This document shows, piece by piece, positions 53,591 to 64,000 of a DNA stretch of 64,000 bases. A program made the translations under genes and the position numbers. This DNA comes from Lingula anatina (lineage: Eukaryota > Animalia > Brachiopoda), in NCBI GenBank assembly GCA_051362555.1, contig CM120640.1, forward strand, positions 40,836,788-40,900,787, given 5' to 3'. Positions within the stretch are counted from its first letter, which is position 1. Each line of letters starts with the position of its first letter. A model generated the notes under the pieces. The model searched no databases. It was not told the DNA's origin and saw nothing but the letters and a program-made list of their open reading frames with translations.

Positions 53591-54564
53591 CATGCACATG
53601 TATGCATGTTTTCAGCCAATTAATTTTATTACAAGACATGAAAAACAAAACAATGATTTTACAGACATTTATCTCAATAGAAATCATCAATACGGAGCCA
53701 CATAAAAACTGAAGGTCTACTTACAGGAACAGTTCCCCTACGCTTAAGCTGGCAACTTTTGTGTCATCATGCTTATACCAAATAAATAAATAAACAAACA
53801 AACAAACAAACAAACAAATAAATAAATAAATAAATAAAATATGGGATGGCGACGAAAAAATGAAGTGTGGAAGCGGCCTACTTGTTACTGCGTTAGATGA
53901 GATTCAAGAATCCAACTACAACTTGATGGAGGAATAGTGACGGATGAAGATCTTTGAGCGAGCTCTTTGAGCGTGCATTAGGTCTACATACTGCCATTAC
54001 CTGCATTATAGAGACAAATTATAGGTAGGCCTATTGAATTTTTGCAAAATGTGAAAAAAGAAAAGAAAGAAAGGAAAGCGTTGTTTTCATTATTCTGTTT
54101 GGAGCCTGGCGCCTAATCTTAATATTTACTTTAACTCGATCACTTTTTAAATCTAGTTAACCCCGCAGCTAGACACCGCGAGCTTAGCTTTTTAAATGAA
54201 AAGTATGGGTTTATGGAATCGGACAATTTCCACTTGTAGGCCTACCAGGGATTACATGTGTATATAGCTGTTAAAAACCTTCCCCTCACACCATAGAGTT
54301 TTTTCTACTTCTATGCCTCACACATAATAATAATAATACCCCCCCCCCCCCCGTGCTCCAGTGAAGATACAATGTTCATGCAGCTTTGTGGATTTGAACT
54401 GTTCAAGTTTGGTTTACAATCCGTTGATTTATTTACCAGACATAAGGTGATCTAGTTAAATGATTCATTGTTTAATTTTGCTAGTTATTGGCCACCCCGC
54501 ACTCCCCTGCATGGCACGCACTTTCAAAAGCGGATGTTTATGGTGACGCAAAGCAGGAAGGGTG

Positions 54565-54780
54565 CGCTTCGCTATGCCGAGGGTTCGCTATGCCGAAGGT
54601 TCGCTGTGCCGAGGGTTCGCTATGCCGAAGGTTCGCTGTGCCGAGGGTTCGCTATGCCGAAGGTTCGCTGTGCCGAGGGTTCGCTGAGCCGAAGGTTCGC
54701 TATGCCGAGGGTTCGCTATGCCGATTGTTTATATTTTGTGCCGAAAGATTCGCTGCGTCGACGGCTCGCTATGCCGAAGC
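54565..54780. repeat. 16-bp tandem array (R)GGTTCGCT(A/G)TGCCGA, ~10 clean and ~3 degenerate units
   Basis: Units start at 54581, 54597, 54613, 54629, 54645, 54661, 54677, 54693, 54709 with no spacers; first base alternates G/A. Confidence 0.95.
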
Positions 54781-56414
54781 CATCGTAGAGTTAGATAGCC
54801 CATACTTTGAAGAAAATATTTTGAAAAAATACCTTTTTTTATTAAAATAATATATAAAAGCATTACTAGACTTTAATACTACAAAGAACATGCATTACAC
54901 ACTATATTTTCTGCATATATAATTGCGTATTTTTATATACAATTACGTAAACATACAAGTTTATTCTGTGTGTTAAATATAAATTAAATAATATATCAGT
55001 TAAATTGATTTTTGAGTAAAAGCCTTCATTCATTTTGCCAGGCGATATAGGCCTACGATCAATTTTGTGGCAAGTGTAATATAAGCTTCCTTATATATGG
55101 GGGCAAATCGTTTGGTTGTTGTTTTCAGTCGTGTACTTTTTTAATTTAATCAATTTATTTTTCTAGGTAGTCCTATGGGGATGCATTTAGTTCAACAGAG
55201 CACGTACGTGCCCAAGCCGTATTATAATCGCATGCGCTTTTAAGATTACAATTTATACTAATACCAAAAATATTGATACACTAATTTTCGCATTGAGTTT
55301 TTTTTTTAATTTAAGAAGGTTTAAGAATAGTGACAGTTTGTGTTTTTAGATCGTTTGAGAATGCGACTGTCCCTAAACTTCTGTGTTATTCTTTCGGAAA
55401 TAATACTTAACGCTTTTCATCTTTTCTGTTATGTTAAATTATATTTTGTATTGTGTTTTGTTATATAATAATTCTGCGTTTGAAACTCATAAAGGCAAAT
55501 GGTAATGCTGACCGGTTATTGTTTATTTTAAACTTAACATTATACATATTTCGATAGGAATGTTTTGGCGTTCCGAAAAGGAACGAAAGTCGCACGGACT
55601 TTCGATATTAATCAGACTTCGTACAGTGCCATTTGCCTGGCGCAACCGACTCTAACTTTTTTTAATAAGTTCTCCATGCTGTGCAGCTGCTCGATTTGTT
55701 TATGTAATGCTATAACATAAGATAAATTTGCTTCATTTTCTGAATTTCAGTTAACCATTCAGTGTTGCTCTGCTTCACTCATCGCCGTTTTGATTAATAG
55801 AGATTCGTTATTTTAAACTTGGTATGTTTAGTTAGACGCCGACTTTTAAGGTTTATAAGCTTCTTTCAGTAGTATATTTGTCTTATCTGCCAAAAATATT
55901 CAAACTATTTTAGTTTTCAGAGGATACTAGAATAATTGCTATAACCGTAATTTTGTGGTAAAGAGAATTCATTTACTTCTATGGGCTGTTAAACTTCTAT
56001 TGTGAAATATGAATCTCTTACGAAGAGTTGTTATCCTTTAAATATTAAGTCTACATCGTTGTTTATTACATTAAACTTTTGCTATTATTATATCGGTAGC
56101 GGTCCCTTCCTCCACACACACAACAAACACATAGCATTATAACTTACAAACTAAAGATAAATTTTATTGAATTCAAAAGTGTTTGCCAGTAGTGAAATTT
56201 CCAAGCTTTGGTTATAGGTACACTGAATACAAATAGTACTATTTTTATAATTCGTGCCATTTCTACTGAAATATATTCTTTCTCGTATTCACTGACAAGG
56301 TGGCTTAAGTGAGATGAAGATGCCTGATGTGTACAGCGTAGATTATTATAGATTAAAAAAAGGAACAACTTTATTCCAACCCATACGTATGCTGAAATTG
56401 GTTAACATAGATGT

Positions 56415-57190
56415 CTCTTGATAATAAGAATAAACACCGACACTAAATTTGACCTATAATGCTGCCAACTCTTGTAGTATCAAGGCAAAATATTGGGTAA
56501 TATGTTACGGCAAAACGATATACACAAAACACCTGTTACAATGTACTACCGTAACAAACATAACTCTCTGAAACATATAGGCCTACACTGTACTATATTA
56601 CATTCTGTTGATTATAAAAATAGAAACCGACCTACATTGCTGCCTGCCAGCCAACTGATCGTATCAAAGCAAAATATTCGGTAGATATTTTACGGCAACA
56701 TGATATACACAAAACACATTTTGCAACCGTAACAAACTTAGTTCTCTGAAACATATATAGTGCACTATATTACACTCTGTTGATTATAAAAATAAAAAAC
56801 GACACCAAATTCGACCTACATTGCTGCAAAACACTTGTCACTAGCTAACAAACTTAACTATCTGAAACATATAGGCCTACACTGTACTATATTACATTCT
56901 GTTGATTATAAAAATAGAAACCGACCTACATTACTGCCTGTCAGCCAACTCTCTTCGTATTAAAGCAAAATATTCGGTAGATTTACATGAACATGTTATA
57001 CACAAAACACATTTTGCTACCGTTACAATCTTAGTTCTCTGAAACATATATAGTGCACTATATTACATTATGTTGATTATAAAAATAAAAAACGACACCA
57101 AATTCGACCTACATTGCTGCCAGCTAACTTTCTTTCAAACAACCACACCCATTACCGTAACAAACTTAGTTGTCTGAAACATATGGTATA
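56415..57190. repeat. Internal tandem duplication (~294-bp unit built from two related subunits)
   Basis: 56567-56827 is similar to 56861-57120. TTGATTATAAAAATA at ~56608, 56780, 56902, 57073; degenerate copy at ~56418. Confidence 0.85.
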
Positions 57191-57856
57191 TTACACTATT
57201 TCCCTTGCCAATTTTTAAGCCGGAGTCTGCCAAATAACATGAACACATACAACATACTGCAATATTTGGAAAACTAAAAAGCATGAAAAGCCATTGTAAT
57301 GTCATTTAACTGAAATAAGCAAGAAGAGAGACGACAGAGAGAGACTATCGCTTACTTCCTTCATATGTAAACAGAGACTTCGGAAGATCTTCGAGCCTTT
57401 CCCAGCCTGCCTGCCTGCCTGCCTGCCTGACCCTTAACCCGTGGATACATCTGGAGGTGACAACGATGTTCTATCCACTTAAATGACAGGACTCCAACCT
57501 TAGTCTCTTTTTCAAGCCTACTGCAATGATAAAACATATCAATACCGTAAAAATGCGATCACCGCACCTATTACTTTTACAAGTAATCTCATATATGCTA
57601 CTGGACACAACAAATTTTAGTCAAAGCTCGACGCATGAAAAGGACGTAGGTTAAACGCTAGCACCGCACTTGTAACTACTGAATGATATCTTTAAAAGCA
57701 GCTGAACATATAAAGCGGGCGACATCAGGCCTAAAGACAACTAAATAAAGCTATAAGGCTTGGGGCATAAAACGTAACATAAATGCATTATAACGAGATC
57801 ACCGCAACTGCTAATATTTCGTTAAATCGTCATAAAATTTTGTTAAACCGTACCTT

Positions 57857-60800
57857 TTATTCAAAGTTGTGGAGGCAGTGTGTCACTGCCTCCCAATACT
57901 CTTCTAGGTCTCTGTCCCCCCGCCTGTACTCCCTTCGCAGGGTCTTCAGGCGCCGCTCCATCCGTCTCCACTTCTGCCTCCTCGGGGGCTGAGGATCCCC
58001 TCGGTCAGCAGCCCGGATGGAGCGCTCCGTCTGGCCCTGGATGTCCTTCAATGTGGTAATGAATCGCCAAATTGTTGGGTGCCTAACACCAACCGAATCA
58101 TTAAGTTTCTTGTTGAAACCTGTTAAAGAAACTAGAGCATTAGTGCAATTAAGAATAAGGTTGTGGACCTTTTAGTGCGTGCGATTGTACCCTAATTTGT
58201 AAAAGTGATGAAAAGTTTGCATCACTAGACATGCATTATTAATATGAAATACAACTCTGCAAATCGGAAAGGTTTAATTGTATAGGTGTTTTTAATTTTG
58301 CTTTGCGCCATGACATGTCAGTGTGTAAACAGTACATATATCACATTCTCTTTTCAGTCTCGCCCAGTACATGAGTTTATTTGTATATATTAGAAAAGTG
58401 AATCTCAAAGCTGAGGATATTTTTCCGATATTTCCTTTTCGTACATCTCTGGTGACAGAAATTGATCATTCTTGCCAAATCTTGCCTTTTTTAATCTTTC
58501 AAAAATTTGAAAATTCACATCAGTATGAAGGGAAAATCTTCAACTCGTAATATTTACTTTAAATAAAATAAAAAAAAAAATTAACATTACACTTGCCTAT
58601 ATATTGAGAATGAGCGTTTCACCTAAACAGTATCAATAAACAATGATAACATTTCTGAACTTACTTTCAACGTGATTGTTGGTTCTTGTATCCATGTTCC
58701 TCCCGTACACATTCCATGTGACGGGAGGAAACGTCCCTTCTATGTACGTGTGGTTCACGTATTGGCAAAACTCCCCCATTGCGGGGAAGCGCCGAATGTA
58801 GCGGCGTGTCCTGCGGGCATTGCAGTGCATTAGGAAGTTCTGACGAACAAGCGCCAAGGGTAAGTAACCCAACGACATGAACTTCCGAATGCACTGCCTT
58901 ACCCTGGGGTTGCGCCTACAAATAGGCACCAACCCCAGTTCCTGGACGCGCCGCCACAAAGATTGACAGAAGTGAAAAAAACACCCAGCAATGTCGGTCC
59001 TTCTAAGTTCTGTCTCGAGGGCGGTGTGGAGACCCACCTCGAAGTCACAGATGACTCTGGTGGGCCTCCATCGGTGACGGGTTACCTCCCGAACTTTTCT
59101 CTTAAGGGCCTGAAAAAATGTCATATTTTTACCTGCGGGTTAACAAAAATTTTCATTTGCACCTCTGATAAGTAATTCTAAAATTTCGAGCCTTAATTGC
59201 ATCCGTTATCCAGACTTTAAGCATATAGAATGAGAGATAAGCTGCCGACGCAATAGTTTAATCTTTGAAGTCAGCTACCATAGCCAAATTTACAGATTAA
59301 AAAAGGTAAACCGAAATAAAAATGTTTAATTCACCTGCAAAACTTGTCTATAATGGCCAATTGTCCGGGCCTCCATCAAGCACGCTGCCAGTACTTCCAC
59401 GCGGCCACGGCGAAGGCCATGGACTGTGAATACCTGGCGATAAGGGCCCGGACAAGACCGAAAAGTGCCGTCCATAAAGATGTCCTCGCACTGCTGGAGA
59501 TGCACCATGTTGGCGTCTGTTCCAAAGAGCACAATTCCCCACGCATTATCTTGGAGGATCAGGTTGTTGTCTCCCCTCCATGTTTCCGCCCACGATCCTG
59601 TTGATAATATATATATAATAATAAATAAATAATAATAATGAAATAATATATAATAAACAATAAAATATAATTTCATGATTAGAATATGTGATCATTAAAG
59701 CAGTTATGGCTTTGAATTCATGTTACTTTCTTCATGCATGGGGATCTCTGTCGAATTTGTTATTTAATTACGACACAGTCATAGTTTAATCATTGTAACT
59801 CAGCTCAGCAACCCCTAACCTCCGTAACGTTTTTTAAATAAACGTCAGCATAGACGAAATACTCTTTAAAGGGACTTTGCATTTTCCAAATCCATAACAC
59901 ACAAAGTTTAATAAAACAGTGCTATTTGTTATTTTAAAAGATGCGTTCCATCATGGATATTGATAGGCCCTAACACTCAAAAGTTGGGGTGTCACATTAA
60001 GCCTAACCTCGGTAACGGATCAAATTTGAGTATGAGTTGCTTTAGAAAGTTAAGACGTTTTATATAAATTCCCTTCAATATATTTATAGATAATAGGCCT
60101 AGTCCTAATACCACAGTTTACGATGATAGATAGGCCTATAGGGGCCTAATGGTCATCTTTCATCAGTTATGCTAACTTCGGTCACAAAATATGTTTTAAC
60201 ATTTTTTTATTTTTTTTATTTAATTAAAATATTAAGATATCAAAATTACTGTATTTACTTTAAAACGTTATGCCTTTCGTTTTGTGGATCAATTCTTATA
60301 TAGTATTCATTCATGCCCCTTGCTGTTAATGACATTATCCTGCATTAGGCCATATATAGGCCTCCATGACAATTCTATCAAGATAGACTAGGCCCCCTAA
60401 TTATTTAGGTTTTCATTAGAATTTGCTTTAAAATCGATGGTAAACTGTGGTTCATTTTATGGAATGGATATTTATTTGTCATTTTTGGTGCCTTTTTGAA
60501 CTTATCATTCTATTTTAACCATAATGTGAAGTTTTAAGGACTGTCTTGGCAAGAAAAATGGTACTAGCTGACATCAGTACTAGCATGCATGTAGCCGACA
60601 TTTTTGCGCGAGAGAATTGTCGAGATGCAGTAACAATATTGTCTTATTGAAGCAACAATTGCATTCAGCAAGTAGCACTGGGTCCTATCTTACTATTGCA
60701 ATAGTACATAGTAGTATTTGGCATCTTCTTGACGCTTCGTTTAATTTTAAACGGACATATTTTGGCAAACACGTGTCTATTGGCGGTCTGACAGTTTGTA

Positions 60801-63279
60801 TGCATTAACTTTCTCGGTGGGTTTTTTTTCTAGTATCTATTTTAAAAGCTGTAATCAGGTAGGTTAAATGTTTTTTTTATACACTTACATGTAACAACTC
60901 TTGCTCTGGTTAAGTATGGAAAATTTCAGTGTAACACTTATAAGCACATAAATTACTCGATTCATTTCAATTTCAACAAATGTAGGAGGTAAACAGTAGC
61001 AGACGAGATTAATTTGTTTAAGTATCGATGACACAGTGCTAATTAGATGACTTAACGCCTGCTGCAGATTAGCAGATGCGTGTCCTACGTGATAACCATA
61101 TGTCAATCTGCAGAGCAGTGGCGGATTTCGAGTGTAGGTCATGGGGGTCCTGACCCTACCCCCCCCCCCCCCCCCCCTTTCGCTTTCTGGTACCCTCTTC
61201 AAGTTAGATTTTTGACTAGTTGAACGGAACCTATGTATATTCTATAACCAACATATGTGTAATATTTTATAGTTGTGTAAATAACTCGACTTTAACATCA
61301 GCCTATCTTGTTTTTCATTTCCATCCTTTGAGTTTCTCCATTGCATATGCGTTTCTGGCTTTCATAAGTGTTTAAATTCCTTATGTAATAGTAGAGAATT
61401 TTATCAAAAAACATTTGTTGACTTCATTTTCACGAAAACAGTATATATTTCATTGAAATCTTAGGTCTGCGTATAACCCTCAGAGTGCCAGTATTCAGAG
61501 GATTGCATTTGTGGAATCCTGGTATGATCGTCCCTGTAATGGGCTTTAGTATTAATAAGAAGCGGTGTTCACGCAATGTACATTACTTAAAATCCAGGCC
61601 ATCTTAATGTAACAGTACGTTAACAATTTTTGCTCATGCTAGCAGGGAAAGCAATGTATAATAATATATAATACACAGATGTTTTTGCTAATGACCATTT
61701 TCTGTGTTCTTCCAGCCATTACAAGAAACTCGGCCAAATTCCTAATGCTACCTGACGCAGCTTATAAAGGGGCCTAATTTTTTTTTTTTTTTTTTTTTTT
61801 GCCTTGCAGCATTTAACGACCGGGTCCCAATGTAGGCCTATAATGTGCCACTTTGACGGAATCCCCGAGGGTCTACATGCCGCAATACGCACAGTTTCTA
61901 CCTGTCGCTTCGCTATTAAAGAGTATTTGCCCCCCCCCCCCCCAAAAAAAAAAAAAAGACTAATTAAAATAACAAATAAAATAAAATTAAAGGTTAATAA
62001 TTCCCCCTTTAAGTGTTTATGTTCTTATTTAATTTGAATTCCTCTCTCTTTTTAACATACATGGTAGTTTTATGTTGAATTTTTTGTTTAGATAGGACAC
62101 CGTCGTAATATAATAATTGTCGCTCAGTAACCCACAACCTAAATTACACTTTAATGTGAAATAAGTAAAATGCTTAATGGTGTTATAGTGCCCTTTTTAA
62201 ACTCATAATACAGCAAGTTTTAAAAAAAGGCATTGCTATATGTATATTTTAAGTTGTGCATTCCATCAAAAGGGATTCTAGCGCACAGAAGTTGGGGTGT
62301 CCCACATCATAGCTTAACATCAGTCACTGAATAATTTCGAAGAAAATGTTGCCCTATAAAGTTTTAATACGTTTTGCCTGGACAGGACCAAGTACTTTTA
62401 AAATCCATTCGATTGCCCAATAAGTGAATACTGCGGATAAAAACACTTTACAGAATGCATGTCACCTTACATCCGTTACGCCTTTTTTTAGTACATTCAT
62501 TCATACCGCTCACTGTTTAAATTATCGATCCGTATTAAAATTATAGATAACTGATAATTATATCAAGACAAGATGACCATTTGGCTTGTAACTCGAGTTC
62601 GCCTTAAAATCGAAGCAAAGTCTAATAAGATGTGTCGTTTATCTTTTGATTGACCAGAGTTTATATCATATTTTTTCATTATTATATATTTTAAATTGTT
62701 TAATTTTGAATATCAATGAACGGCTGAAAACATTGATTGTTTGGCTTTGTTTTTGTATTTAATTTTTCGAGTTCAAGATTCGAAGTAAAGGATAAATATA
62801 AAGAGCTTAATTGTAAAGTACTTACCAAATATGTTAACATCAGCGATGTTACGGGGTACAGGTGGCATGTGGGCAGACCTGGCACGACCCAGAATTGAAC
62901 GGACCTCGTTGAAGCTGGGGATGGGGAGATCACCGGCTTGCTGGATGTCCCTTGCCACCACATCATATGTTCGTCTGATGGGTCTGGTAATGTCCGCCTC
63001 GACCTGCTGCCGAAACTGCTCCATCACCAACGTCCTATCTACCTCATCGTCATCTGGAGTATGGTTGTGGTCTCCAGCGTGGACAACACGGATGTCCCTC
63101 GCATCTAGTTCAATCTCAAAACGCTCTGTTTTCAAAAATGCACGACAATTGCTTCTCCAACAACGCCAGAAAATGTATTGTTGACCAACTTTGTTTCTAT
63201 GATACCGATGTCCATCGAAAATCAAGATTTTTCCGCCCCGATTTCCAACCGAAATTCGGGGTACCGCTATTTGCGCCAT
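57857..63279 (-). CDS. FLYWCH zinc finger + MULE DDE transposase, ~474 aa, 4 exons
   Basis: Exons 63279-62826, 59597-59335, 59109-58665, 58119-57857 (1425 nt, all GT-AG, no stops). FLYWCH (DGHRY..FWRC...NC..DHNH), IFMDGTF (D), VICDFE (D), GCFFH (CxxH), RTNNHVESF (E), HPTIWRFI. Confidence 0.92.
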
Positions 63280-63311
63280 TTAACTACCACTTGAGCCTTT
63301 GGATGGTCTCA

Positions 63312-63348
63312 GAATGAACGACCGCGTCGTCTTTTTTTCTCTTTTATA
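63312..63348 (-). promoter_or_regulatory. TATA box + Inr-like core promoter of the transposase
   Basis: Minus-strand TATAAAAG starts at 63348; TCATTC at 63317-63312 about 30 bp downstream; ATG at 63279. Confidence 0.55.
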
Positions 63349-64000
63349 CGCAGCAAGAGATTATATAATAATTACAGATTAATTCGGCAATTACACGTCT
63401 TTTTTTAATTCTCTTACATATAATCTTTACATGTGTATGCCAGGTGTCCACTAATTGGTTTAACTTTCCTTATGAATACAGGAAATATGTTTCCCAATGG
63501 GGAGTGGGAATAAGTTGGACAAGTGAAGAATTAACGAAAATGGCTACTTGAAAATAGCAATTTTAAAATGAAAATCAAGATGAACAGCGTAAGATGGCGT
63601 GGCATATTTCAGTTGAATGTGCTCATCTATTTGACGCTAAAATTATACGATATAAAAACAATATATTATAAATAAAATACAACAACATATTACAATTACT
63701 GTGTTAAAGCACAACGAAACAGTGGCATAACTAAATGCAGTTAAGTGTGTAATATTGTCAACAATAATGTGAAGTATTTGGGCATAATAAAAACATAAAA
63801 GGCGTTGAAATTTGCTGACAATTATTTACTTAAACTGACGATGCAACGTTACACATCGCGATGGACCACTGACAGGGTATAAAGTTTGTATTTGAAAGTA
63901 TAAGGGTACATATGTTTATAAAAGCACATAACATCAAAAAATTATTCATGAGAACCTTTTTTTCAATAAATTTAATCCTGTCGTTGTAAAGTTACGCTAA

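Larger units (their letters stand above)
54560..64000 (-). mobile_element. Mutator-superfamily (Phantom-like) DNA transposon, right end beyond the window
   Basis: Subterminal-type 16-bp array at 54565-54780 and a FLYWCH+MULE transposase 3 kb away. That the array is this element's end is inferred. Confidence 0.6.

Noticed and set aside
54468-54850. Repetitive ORFs and a CRISPR-like look of the 16-bp array
   Set aside because: No spacers and eukaryotic context; the ORFs are by-products of the tandem repeat.
60561-60584. GTACTAGC-TGACATCA-GTACTAGC as a possible excision footprint
   Set aside because: Single short occurrence; cannot be told from a chance micro-duplication.

Overview
Eukaryotic (animal, probably invertebrate; taxon not determinable from sequence) genomic DNA with spliced genes and two contrasting halves. 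1-32.5 kb is a dense, CpG-depleted block of conserved genes: 3' part of a Ki-67 (MKI67)-like gene (+), CLINT1/epsinR (+), WDR1/AIP1 (-, 16 exons, one U12-type AT-AC intron) and cyclin J (+), the last two head-to-head. 32.6-64 kb is CpG-normal: METTL27-like methyltransferase (-), two intronless paralogous two-TM proteins (-), a small secreted chitin-binding (CBM14) protein (-), a type I mucin-like membrane protein (-), and a large Mutator/Phantom-like transposon with an apparently intact 4-exon FLYWCH-DDE transposase and a 16-bp subterminal array (right end outside the window). Several MITEs lie in WDR1 introns. Exon chains were assembled by eye; all complete multi-exon models sum to whole codons. 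I see no unmistakable new biological system. The best leads are the intact spliced transposon, the AT-AC intron, the uncharacterised 2-TM pair, a regionally enriched TAGGCCTA palindrome, the CpG boundary, and the possible ancient linkage of the four left-hand genes.
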